A stretch of 64,000 nt of DNA from Desulfobulbaceae bacterium. Lineage in GTDB: Bacteria; Desulfobacterota; Desulfobulbia; Desulfobulbales; VMSU01. The notes beneath the pieces were generated by a model that saw nothing but the letters and a program-made list of their open reading frames with translations, did no database searches and had not been told where the DNA came from. Numbering within the stretch: the stretch's first letter is position 1; every line of letters begins with the position of its first letter. Below, one piece after another: positions 45,181 through 54,198 of the stretch. Where the stretch lies: assembly GCA_013792005.1 (NCBI GenBank), contig VMSU01000028.1, positions 104-64,103 of the forward strand. Reading direction: 5' to 3'. Made by a program: the position numbers and the translations under genes.

Positions 45181-46358
45181 ATTCGATAGTATATATGGAC
45201 AATAACGCCACTACCCGAGTAGCCCCGGAAGTGGTGGAGGTCATGGTGCCTTATTTCTCCGAACTCTACGGGAATCCATCCAGTATGCATACTTTTGGTG
45301 GTCAGGTAGGGAGCGCCTTGGTGCAGGCACGGGAGAGGGTGGCAAGTCTCTTGGGGGCAGACCCGGATGAACTGGTCTTCACCAGTTGCGGTACAGAGAG
45401 TGATTCTACAGCGATACTCTCTGCGATTCGCGCCAATCCCGAAAAGCGTCATGTGGTCACCACCAGGGTAGAGCATCCTGCTGTTAAAAATCTTGCGGAA
45501 AACCTTCATGCCTTTACTGGTCATAAGTATCGTGTTACCCAGTTAGGTGTTGACAGTCAGGGGTTGCTTGACCTTGCTGAATATGAAAAATCCTTGACTG
45601 ATGACACCGCCGTGGTCAGCGTCATGTGGGCCAACAACGAGACTGGTGTGATCTTCCCGGTCAAGGAGATGGCTGAAATCGCTAAATCGCGGGGGGTGCT
45701 TTTTCATACCGATGCGGTCCAGGCCGTCGGCAAGATTCCGATTAATTTAAAAGATACCGCTATCAATTTCTTGTCCCTTTCTGGTCATAAACTGCATGCT
45801 CCCAAGGGAATCGGCGTGTTGTATGTTCGTAAAGGAACGCCTTTTTCCCCCTTTTTGATTGGCGGTCATCAGGAAAAGGGCCGTCGCGGCGGGACGGAGA
45901 ACAGCGCTGCGATTATCGGTCTTGGCAAGGCATGCGAGCTTGCAGCCAACCGGATGACCGTTGAAAACACTCGGGTTAAACACTTACGCGATAAGCTTGA
46001 AAATGGCTTGCTCTCTTCTATCCCTAACGCCTTGCTTAATGGTCATCAGAGTAAGCGTTTGCCTAATACCAGCAACATCAGCTTTGAATATATCGAAGGG
46101 GAAGCGATTCTGTTGCATCTGAATACCTTAGGTATATGTGCTTCCTCAGGATCGGCCTGTACCTCAGGTTCACTAGAGCCGTCTCATGTCATGAGGGCCA
46201 TGGGAGTGCCATTTACTGCGGCTCATGGTTCGATTCGTTTTAGCCTTAGTATTTATAACACCGAAGAGGAAGTAGATTTTGTCTTGAAGCACCTTCCTCC
46301 TATTATTGAAAAACTTCGGAATATGTCTCCTTTTTGGCATAACCGGCACAACTCCTAG
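45177..46358 (+). CDS. nifS: Cysteine desulfurase NifS
   Basis: PLP lysine 'SLSGHKLHAPKGIG', active-site 'SSGSACTSG', ATGA overlap with nifU. Confidence 0.9.
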   Translation: MNSIVYMDNNATTRVAPEVVEVMVPYFSELYGNPSSMHTFGGQVGSALVQARERVASLLGADPDELVFTSCGTESDSTAILSAIRANPEKRHVVTTRVEHPAVKNLAENLHAFTGHKYRVTQLGVDSQGLLDLAEYEKSLTDDTAVVSVMWANNETGVIFPVKEMAEIAKSRGVLFHTDAVQAVGKIPINLKDTAINFLSLSGHKLHAPKGIGVLYVRKGTPFSPFLIGGHQEKGRRGGTENSAAIIGLGKACELAANRMTVENTRVKHLRDKLENGLLSSIPNALLNGHQSKRLPNTSNISFEYIEGEAILLHLNTLGICASSGSACTSGSLEPSHVMRAMGVPFTAAHGSIRFSLSIYNTEEEVDFVLKHLPPIIEKLRNMSPFWHNRHNS

Positions 46359-46435
46359 TAACAAGCATTTACGTGTTGGCATGAGAGTTATGCTGACTAT
46401 ACCATCTGAGATAGAGCAGATATCGAAGGTATGTT

Positions 46436-47383
46436 ATGAGAATAATTCCCCAATCGTTTGAGATTTTGACTGCCCTGGACCAGGGTTCGATGGCTTCGCG
46501 CCTCGAAGCCTGTGGGCGGATTTGTTATAAGAGCGAGGCCAAGATGACCCCGGAATCTGCGGAGCCATTTATTCGCAATATAGTAAAGAGCGGTCATAAT
46601 TCTGTTACCGAAATGGCTGTTTGTACGATAAAAGTAACAATTGATGCTCGTTCGATGATGGAGCGTTTTTTTGAGTCGTTACCTAAATTTCTAACAGTCA
46701 CCATTCTGGGGAAAAACGTACTGTTGATTACTGGTAGCGTCCGTGCCTTTAGAGAGTTGTACATCTCGTATCCCACCATGAAACTGGTCAAGGGGATGAC
46801 GAAATTTCTGGCTGACCGTTGGCCGATCTTCTTTTTTGATCTGGCACCCAAGAATGGTTGGTCTCATCAGGCTGGTGTCCTGGTTGAGAAACTCTCCCTG
46901 GCTGAGGTCGATCAACTATCTGCAGATTTGCTGGCCAATCATCGGTATGTGGCGGTAAAACTGATTACCAATCGGGCAGTGACTCATGAGATTGTCCGTC
47001 ATCGTCCTTGTTCCTTCTTGCAGGAGAGTCAACGCTATTGCCGTTATGATAAGGAGCAGTTTGGCGGAGAAGTAACCTTTATCAAACCTATGTTTTTTAA
47101 AGAGGGAAGTCCTGAATATACCCTATGGGCACAGGCCATGGCGGAAACTGAATCTCTGTACTTGAGGCTTCTTGAAACTTCATCGCCCCAGGCTGCCCGA
47201 ACAGTGCTGCCCAACTCTTGCAAGACCGAAATCATTGTCTTTGCCAATCTGACCGAATGGCGGCATATTTTCAGATTGCGCACCTCAACGGCGGCAGAAC
47301 CCTCTATGCGTGAGATTATGATCCCCTTACTTACCGAATTTAAAAAAATGTATCCCTCGGTGTTTGGCGGGGTAGGGGAGTAG
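46436..47383 (+). CDS. thyX: FAD-dependent thymidylate synthase ThyX (long form)
   Basis: ThyX signature 'RHRPCSFLQESQRY' (RHRxxSxxxxSxR). 'GHNSVTEM'. Confidence 0.85.
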   Translation: MRIIPQSFEILTALDQGSMASRLEACGRICYKSEAKMTPESAEPFIRNIVKSGHNSVTEMAVCTIKVTIDARSMMERFFESLPKFLTVTILGKNVLLITGSVRAFRELYISYPTMKLVKGMTKFLADRWPIFFFDLAPKNGWSHQAGVLVEKLSLAEVDQLSADLLANHRYVAVKLITNRAVTHEIVRHRPCSFLQESQRYCRYDKEQFGGEVTFIKPMFFKEGSPEYTLWAQAMAETESLYLRLLETSSPQAARTVLPNSCKTEIIVFANLTEWRHIFRLRTSTAAEPSMREIMIPLLTEFKKMYPSVFGGVGE

Positions 47384-47590
47384 CGGTAGGAGGTTTGGAT
47401 AATTTTCTCCTGTAGGGAATACTACCTATTGCGTTCCATCTGACAATCCAGTATTTTTTCTACCATTTTCAATAAGTCCTCCATTTTGGCGCGCTTTGAT
47501 TCGCCCTTGAGAGACGAAACTAACACGACTTCAAAAGGTCTTAATTTATATAGTTTGATCATCTTAAATCAACAAAAATGGAGGAAAAAC

Positions 47591-49354
47591 ATGGTTCTTG
47601 ACCCGACCAAACATGCTGACTGGGAGATTGCAGAAGAGGCAGAAAGCCGGATGAAAACTGTTTACGAGCTTGGTGAAAAGCTTGGCCTGAAAAAGGAAGA
47701 GCTTCTTCCTCATGGCCACTATGTCGCCAAACTTGATTATCGGGCCATCTTGAATCGGTTAAAGGATCGTCCGGACGGCAAATACGTCGATGTTACCGCG
47801 ATTACCCCGACACCCCTAGGTGAAGGAAAGTCTACCTGTGCCATGGGCCTGGTTCAGGGTTTGGGACGCCGCAATAAGAGCGTTGTTGGCGCCATCCGCC
47901 AACCTTCCGGCGGACCAACCATGAACATCAAGGGCAGCGCAGCCGGCGGCGGATTGGCCCAATGTATACCGCTTACTCCATTTTCACTTGGTCTCACTGG
48001 CGATATCAATGCCATCATGAATGCTCACAATCTGGCCATGGTAGCTTTGACCTCCAGAATGCAGCATGAGAACAATTACACTGACGCTCAACTTACTCAA
48101 CGCGGTCTGCGTCGTCTTGATATCCATCCCAAAAAAGTTGAGATGGGCTGGGTTATGGATTACTGTGCCCAGTCCCTGCGTAATATCACCATCGGTCAGG
48201 GTGGCAAGATGGATGGCATGCTTATGCAGTCCAAATTTGCCATTGCGGTAAGTTCTGAGGTTATGGCTATTCTGTCAGTTGCCCGTGATTTAAAAGATAT
48301 GCGCGAGCGAATGGGCCGCATTGTCGTCGGTTATGACCGTCAAGATCGCCCGGTCACCACTGAAGACCTGGATGTCGCTGGCGCCATGACTGCCTGGATG
48401 GTCGAGGCCTTGAATCCTAATTTGCTCCAGACCATTGAAGGTCAGCCGGTTGTTGTTCATGCTGGTCCTTTTGCAAACATCGCTATCGGTCAGTCCTCGG
48501 TTATTGCTGACCGTGTTGCTTTGAAGTTGGCTGATTACAATGTTACTGAGTCCGGCTTTGGCGCTGATATCGGTTTTGAGAAGTTCTGGAACCTGAAGTG
48601 TCGGTTCAGTGGCCTGAAACCTAACTGTGCGGTAGTTGTCGCCACGATTCGTGCTTTGAAGTGCCATGGCGGCGCTCCGATTCCAGTACCTGGCAAACCT
48701 ATGCCTATTGAGTATCAGAGCGAAAACGTCGGTTGGGTAGAGAAGGGTTGTGTCAACCTGCTCCATCATATTGAAACGGTTAAGAAAGCTGGTATCAATC
48801 CGGTAGTCTGTATTAACGCCTTCTACACCGATACTGATAACGAAACTAAAGCTGTTCGTCGTCTGTGCGAAGCCGCTGGAGCACGCGTGGCAGTTTCTAA
48901 GCACTGGCAGTATGGCGGTGATGGTGCGTTGGAATTTGCTGATGCAGTCGTTGATGCGTGTGAAGAGCCGAACGACTTCAAGTTCCTCTATGAATTGGAT
49001 ACCCCGCTCAGTACCCGTATCGAGCTGATTGCCAAAGAGGTTTATGGAGCTGATGGAGTAAGCTATACCCCTGATGCCCAGGCTAAGTTGAAGCGGATGG
49101 AGAGCGACCCGGATCTCAAGGAGATGGGAACTTGTATGGTTAAGACTCATCTCAGCCTGTCGCACGATCCAAAACTGAAAGGTGCGCCGAAGGGTTGGAC
49201 CCTGCCGATTCAGGATATTTTGACTTACAAGGGCGCCGGTTTTGTGGTGCCTGTTGCCGGGGCCATTAGTTTGATGCCTGGCACTGCCTCTGATCCGGCT
49301 TACCGCCGTATTGATGTTGATGTTGAAACCGGTCGGGTAAAAGGCGTTTTCTAA
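47591..49354 (+). CDS. fhs: Formate--tetrahydrofolate ligase
   Basis: ATG 47591 after 'ggagga'. '[11 protein letters not shown]' P-loop. '[12 protein letters not shown]'. Full-length, about 587 aa. Confidence 0.95.
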   Translation: MVLDPTKHADWEIAEEAESRMKTVYELGEKLGLKKEELLPHGHYVAKLDYRAILNRLKDRPDGKYVDVTAITPTPLGEGKSTCAMGLVQGLGRRNKSVVGAIRQPSGGPTMNIKGSAAGGGLAQCIPLTPFSLGLTGDINAIMNAHNLAMVALTSRMQHENNYTDAQLTQRGLRRLDIHPKKVEMGWVMDYCAQSLRNITIGQGGKMDGMLMQSKFAIAVSSEVMAILSVARDLKDMRERMGRIVVGYDRQDRPVTTEDLDVAGAMTAWMVEALNPNLLQTIEGQPVVVHAGPFANIAIGQSSVIADRVALKLADYNVTESGFGADIGFEKFWNLKCRFSGLKPNCAVVVATIRALKCHGGAPIPVPGKPMPIEYQSENVGWVEKGCVNLLHHIETVKKAGINPVVCINAFYTDTDNETKAVRRLCEAAGARVAVSKHWQYGGDGALEFADAVVDACEEPNDFKFLYELDTPLSTRIELIAKEVYGADGVSYTPDAQAKLKRMESDPDLKEMGTCMVKTHLSLSHDPKLKGAPKGWTLPIQDILTYKGAGFVVPVAGAISLMPGTASDPAYRRIDVDVETGRVKGVF

Positions 49355-49380
49355 ACTTTTATAGCTGTAGTTATTATAAT

Positions 49381-49420
49381 GGGGCACTGGGATATCTTCC
49401 AGTGCCCCATTGCTTTGTGT
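49381..49420 (+). terminator. Rho-independent terminator after fhs
   Basis: 'ggggcactgg'(49381-49390) pairs with 'ccagtgcccc'(49399-49408), followed by 'attgctttgtgt'. Confidence 0.6.
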
Positions 49421-49590
49421 GCATCAATGAATTAATCTGTCGTCGGTGTGAATACGTTCGCTGTTACCACCATTAGTGTGTATCTGTCTGTTGCGTTCTG
49501 CGTCTCAACTCCGTTCGGTTTTTAGGACTGAACCCTACAGTATCTCTCTGAGTATCTTTATTCAGTCTATTCCTTTTAACGTCTAGGTCC

Positions 49591-51576
49591 ATGCTGCAAA
49601 TCACAAATCTCAGCCTGCAATACGGTAACAAACACCTATTTAAAGAAATTTTCGTTCGTCTCAACCGTGCAGATCGCGTGGGTTTGGTCGGGGTTAATGG
49701 TACTGGCAAATCTACCCTTCTTAAGATGATGGTGGGTGATGTCGAAACCGATTTCGGTGTCATTACCCGCTCGAAACAGGCGACTATCGGCTATTTGCCT
49801 CAGGAGATCGATCAATTCCCTCCTGGACGCACACTTTATCAGGAGGCCAGGACAGCCTTTGATCACCTGTTGACCCTGCAGGATGAGTTGCACCGGATCA
49901 ATCAGGCCTTAGGTCACGAAGAACCGACCTCCTCTCTTTTTGCCGATCTCCTGGAACAACAGGGGGAGTTACAACAACAGCTCGATGCCTCGGATATCTT
50001 TCATATTGATGCCAGGATAGAAAAGATTTTAACTGGTTTAGGTTTTTCCAAGGCTGATCAGGAAAAGGACTGCAATGACTTCAGCGGTGGTTGGCAGATG
50101 CGATTGATGCTGGCCAAGCTGCTTTTGACAAGCCCTAGTTTTCTCTTCCTCGACGAACCGACTAATCATCTGGATATTGAATCCTTGACCTGGCTTGAAT
50201 CCTTTCTCCAGAACTACCAAGGGGCAATGGTCATCATCTCTCATGATCGGGCCTTTCTTGATAACCTAACCAATCTCACCTGGGAACTGAGTCTCGGTAA
50301 GCTCACGATCTACAAGGGGAACTACTCAAGTTATGTTGAGGAGAAGGTTATCCGGCAGCAGGTTCATCTGGCCTCATACAATAATCAGCAGGCCAAGATC
50401 CAGCAAACCATGCGCTTTGTTACCCGCTTTCGCGCCAAGTCAACAAAGGCCAAACAGGTGCAGAGCCGACTCAAACAGTTGAGCCATATGGACCGAATTG
50501 AGGTTGAAGACTCTGAACAGGCGATCAACTTTCGTTTTCCTCCCTCGCCGCCAAGCGGTCGTCTCGCTATTCTAGCCAAGGATGTCGGAAAATCTTTTGA
50601 CAGTAAACAGATCTTGTCAAATGTTAATATCGAGATCAATCGTGGCGACAAGGTGGCAATTATCGGGGTTAATGGCGCAGGCAAGTCCACTCTGGTTAAA
50701 CTTATGGCCGGCCTTCATCAACCGGATGAGGGTGAGATCCGGCTTGGCTACAATGTCAAACTTTCCTATTTCGGGCAGCATCAAGCCAAGGACCTTCCCT
50801 TGGATTGGACAGTTCTTCAGACCATGGATGTGGTTGATTCAGGACACACCACCACCAGCGTTCGATCACTCCTCGGGGCCTTTCTCTTTCGGGGCGACGA
50901 GGTCGATAAAAAGGTGATGGTCCTCTCCGGTGGCGAGAAGAGTCGTCTGGCCTTGGCCAAGATGATTGCCAGTCCCGCCAACCTCCTGATTATGGACGAA
51001 CCAACCAACCATCTTGATATGATGTCCCAGGAAATCCTCCAAGAGGCTATGAATCAGTATGACGGTTCAATATTAGTGGTCTCCCATAATCGTTTTTTTC
51101 TGGACGCCTTTGTTAACAAAGTGCTGGAGGTCAAGGATGGCCGGGTAACCATGTATGATGGCAACCTGTCGTATTATCTTGATAAGGTGAAACAGGAGTC
51201 GCAGAATGTCGCACCAGTCATTAAAACAGGAGTCCCGCAAACCAACACTTCATCAACAGCTGATACTGTTGATAGTTCTCAGCGGCTGTCAAGCAAGGAG
51301 TCCCGGCAGGCTAAAGCCAAACACCGGGAAGAAAAGAATCGGAAACTTGGACCGCTAAAGAAATCGATTGCCGAAATGGAAAAGGAGATTGCGGATCTTG
51401 AGGCGCAAAAGTCCGCTCTTGAGTCTGCTTTGATGGACCCGGATTTATACAAGGATCAAAGCGCCTTTGCCGACAAGAGTATCTTGCATAAAAGAGTGAC
51501 TGAAAGACTGGAGCGTCTCTATCCGAACTGGGAGACCATGCAGGACGAACTGGAACAGTTGGAGAGTGATTTATAA
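49591..51576 (+). CDS. ABC-F family ATPase (two ABC domains, no TM domain, C-terminal coiled coil)
   Basis: Walker A 'GVNGTGKSTLLK' and 'GVNGAGKSTLVK'. Signatures 'FSGGWQMRLMLAK' and 'LSGGEKSRLALAK'. Confidence 0.9.
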   Translation: MLQITNLSLQYGNKHLFKEIFVRLNRADRVGLVGVNGTGKSTLLKMMVGDVETDFGVITRSKQATIGYLPQEIDQFPPGRTLYQEARTAFDHLLTLQDELHRINQALGHEEPTSSLFADLLEQQGELQQQLDASDIFHIDARIEKILTGLGFSKADQEKDCNDFSGGWQMRLMLAKLLLTSPSFLFLDEPTNHLDIESLTWLESFLQNYQGAMVIISHDRAFLDNLTNLTWELSLGKLTIYKGNYSSYVEEKVIRQQVHLASYNNQQAKIQQTMRFVTRFRAKSTKAKQVQSRLKQLSHMDRIEVEDSEQAINFRFPPSPPSGRLAILAKDVGKSFDSKQILSNVNIEINRGDKVAIIGVNGAGKSTLVKLMAGLHQPDEGEIRLGYNVKLSYFGQHQAKDLPLDWTVLQTMDVVDSGHTTTSVRSLLGAFLFRGDEVDKKVMVLSGGEKSRLALAKMIASPANLLIMDEPTNHLDMMSQEILQEAMNQYDGSILVVSHNRFFLDAFVNKVLEVKDGRVTMYDGNLSYYLDKVKQESQNVAPVIKTGVPQTNTSSTADTVDSSQRLSSKESRQAKAKHREEKNRKLGPLKKSIAEMEKEIADLEAQKSALESALMDPDLYKDQSAFADKSILHKRVTERLERLYPNWETMQDELEQLESDL

Positions 51577-51603
51577 ACCAACTGCCGACAGATCAAGAAG
51601 AAG

Positions 51604-51640
51604 AGACGTGGGGGGACAGATATCCCGCCCACGTCTTTAG
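51604..51640. terminator. Stem-loop between convergent genes (ABC-F / cytochrome-rhodanese)
   Basis: 'agacgtggg'(51604-51612) pairs with 'cccacgtct'(51628-51636), followed by 'ttt'. Confidence 0.5.
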
Positions 51641-51665
51641 TTGGAGTGAAATTCAATTCGCAATG

Positions 51666-53810
51666 TTAAAACATTCGCGACCACTCGGCCCAGGACCCGT
51701 CATGTACTTTGACGTTGTCGTAACCAAGGTAGCGTAAAGCAAGATATAACTCTGAGGCCAGGGATTTGGTGTTGCAGGAGGTGACAATGGTCTTCTCCAT
51801 CCCAGGGGCAATGCCATACTGGGCAAAAAGCCAATTCAGCTCATCAGCATTTTTCAGCTTTCCCTGTGAATCAAGCAAGGATTTTAAGGGCAGGCTCATC
51901 GCTCCAGGGATACTTCCTGGTTTCTTGGTCACATCGGTCCGACTGGAGTGTCCCATATATTCGGATACGTTTCGTGCATCAAGAAGAACCATTCCCCCCT
52001 TGTCCTTATTGTCTTTTACGTGCTGGCTGTTAACCAAGACTTCTCTTGGGTGGGCCGTATAGCCGCTGTCTGCTACCTCAGGGGTCTTCCCTTGTTCCAA
52101 GGTATAGCCAGCGGCAGTCCAGGCGGTGATATTGCCATCCAGAAAGGATACTTGCTTGTGGCCAATACGTTCCAAGGCCACAAAGGTAACGCCGGTCTTG
52201 TTTTTGCCATCATCATAGATCACTACCCTGGTATCGGGAGTAAGGCCTATTTTTTGACTGAAAACCTTGGCGAGTTCTTCGGGTGTTTTCATCATGTACG
52301 GGTGCGGTGTTTTCAAATCGGTTGTCAAATAACACTCACACAGGTTCCGAGCCCCAGGAATATGACCCTCCTCGAATTGCTTTTGGGTACGGACATCCAG
52401 GATCAACACATTCTTATCTTTCACCTTGGCATTTAACCACTGAGCATTGACACGGATTGATTCGTTCCTCTTGGGGCCAGTGATGATTAAGGGCTTAAGG
52501 GCATCGATGGCCTTGGGGATCAGGGTTTCAGGCACCATGACCTTCTGATTGGCTATCCGATCTGTTTCTGGCACGTCCTGTTCGGTTAAAAACAGGTTTT
52601 TTTGCCCATGACAGTGATTGCAATGGGCATTCTGCCACGTCTGTCGTTGAGTGTTGTGAACAGCGCTGCGTTTGAAAGTCTCCCCTTGTTGATAGTTTTT
52701 CAGGTTCTCTTTGAGGTAATGACTGAAACTGTCGGCTTGAATTGGAATTTGCCGCACGAGGACAAATCGTGGCTGGTCTTTATTCTGACTGCTGTTCAAT
52801 CCGATTTTGAACCCATTATACTTGTTGCCGCTTTGTGAATATGCCAATTTGTCTTGATCCACCCCCATATGACAGGAGGTGCAGTTTTCATAGGCTTGGG
52901 AGTGGCAGACAGCGCAATCGACCGTTCCTTTATGCAACTCATTTTTGCAGGTGACACTCTGTGCGAGATTACTATGGCAGTCTGTGCAACGAGTGCGTTC
53001 CGGCAGGGCGTAACGGTTAGTGATCTTGACGGCGGCAGCGTGAACCTCCTTGCTGCCATGGCAATCGACACAGACTTTGCCTTTCAGATAATGAATATCT
53101 CCGCGCGACTGTTTGCCGGTAAAATCATCGACTACAGGTTGGGCGTGGCAGGCGGCGCACTGGTAGGTGAAGTCCGGGCGTTTTTTAAAGATATGCCCTG
53201 CCATCAGACCACCACCGTTAACTCGAGGGCGGCTGACATGACAGGACCCACAACTGGCGGCGTGGCAGACAGAACATTGCTGACCGATGGCTTCTTTGTT
53301 GAGCGTTTGCCATTGCTCTTCGGAACAGCGGGCCCTTAATGCTGCCAGTGAGGCATTTGGTGAGGCGTGTAATGATTGACTCGCTGTTTGAGTGATCTCT
53401 TGATGACAACTACCGCAAACCTCTGTGGACATTGTGAGCGTCGGATCGGTAATCATCCCTTGGTGCGCGGCTTCTGGCGTATCGGCAAGGGGATCACCTT
53501 TGTGGCATTTGAAGCAGGCAATTTTACCGTGAGCCGTTTTTAAAAAATCTTCCTTGACCAGGACATTCTCGAACAGATCAAATGGCGCTCTTTTGACCTT
53601 GTATCCATCACCTTGTTGAAGTTCTGAGGTTTCGACGGTTTGCCGCTCCGTAATCAGCTCTTCTGTTAACTCGTCGATTCGGGAGCTGTCGAGATGACAT
53701 TTGGCGCAGCCGTCCAATTCTTCGGCATGGGCAGATAATTTGGGGAAGAAGGCCGAGGCTAAGCCGACCAGGAGAGCACAACATATCAGCCGTGCTTTTT
53801 GTTTTTCCAT
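51666..53810 (-). CDS. Periplasmic undecahaem c-type cytochrome fused to tandem rhodanese (sulfurtransferase) domains
   Basis: Signal peptide. Eleven CxxCH counted by hand (CAKCH, CFKCH, CGSCH, CSVCH, CGSCH, CAACH, CVDCH, CTDCH, CAVCH, CTSCH, CNHCH). C-terminal 'LILDVRTQKQFEEGHIPGA' (Cys-less domain) and 'VLLDARNVSEYMGH..IVTSCNTKSLAS..DGSWAEW' (Cys-bearing domain). Confidence 0.8.
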   Translation of the reverse strand: MEKQKARLICCALLVGLASAFFPKLSAHAEELDGCAKCHLDSSRIDELTEELITERQTVETSELQQGDGYKVKRAPFDLFENVLVKEDFLKTAHGKIACFKCHKGDPLADTPEAAHQGMITDPTLTMSTEVCGSCHQEITQTASQSLHASPNASLAALRARCSEEQWQTLNKEAIGQQCSVCHAASCGSCHVSRPRVNGGGLMAGHIFKKRPDFTYQCAACHAQPVVDDFTGKQSRGDIHYLKGKVCVDCHGSKEVHAAAVKITNRYALPERTRCTDCHSNLAQSVTCKNELHKGTVDCAVCHSQAYENCTSCHMGVDQDKLAYSQSGNKYNGFKIGLNSSQNKDQPRFVLVRQIPIQADSFSHYLKENLKNYQQGETFKRSAVHNTQRQTWQNAHCNHCHGQKNLFLTEQDVPETDRIANQKVMVPETLIPKAIDALKPLIITGPKRNESIRVNAQWLNAKVKDKNVLILDVRTQKQFEEGHIPGARNLCECYLTTDLKTPHPYMMKTPEELAKVFSQKIGLTPDTRVVIYDDGKNKTGVTFVALERIGHKQVSFLDGNITAWTAAGYTLEQGKTPEVADSGYTAHPREVLVNSQHVKDNKDKGGMVLLDARNVSEYMGHSSRTDVTKKPGSIPGAMSLPLKSLLDSQGKLKNADELNWLFAQYGIAPGMEKTIVTSCNTKSLASELYLALRYLGYDNVKVHDGSWAEWSRMF

Positions 53811-54158
53811 AGCGAGTCTCTCTTTTTGAATAGGTGGTTTAGAGCTTCTTCCGTCAACATTGTCATCATTGATGAAGGGAAGGTGACTATTCAGCTTGTT
53901 TTTGATCTGTATCGTGTAGAATCGGCTGCGAGAAAGAGGGTGTGGCAGTTAACTGTACGATGAGCGTAACTGCTCAGGTTGTCAGTTTACGGTTGACGGT
54001 GATTGGGTCCTGCCAATGGCTGAGAACACACTGATATTGAGTATCATGCGATGATTTATGACTAACCATGATTCTTTTAACCGTAAACAGATAACTGATT
54101 ACCGTTAACCTGTGTAGTTACCGATGAGCTTAATAAAGAGGTGAAAGTGAATCAAGGT

Positions 54159-54189
54159 AAGCGCCTCTGCCATGATGACAGAGGCGCTT
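54159..54189 (-). terminator. Stem-loop just downstream of the outer-membrane protein gene
   Basis: 'aagcgcctctg' pairs with 'cagaggcgctt' (11 bp), 9-nt loop, 10 nt after the stop. No strong T-tract. Confidence 0.4.
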
Positions 54190-54198
54190 GAGGTTACT

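Noticed and set aside
48290-49387. 365-aa minus-strand ORF
   Set aside because: It is entirely antisense to fhs, whose product is unmistakable. The translation is low-complexity with no motifs. This is a typical shadow ORF.
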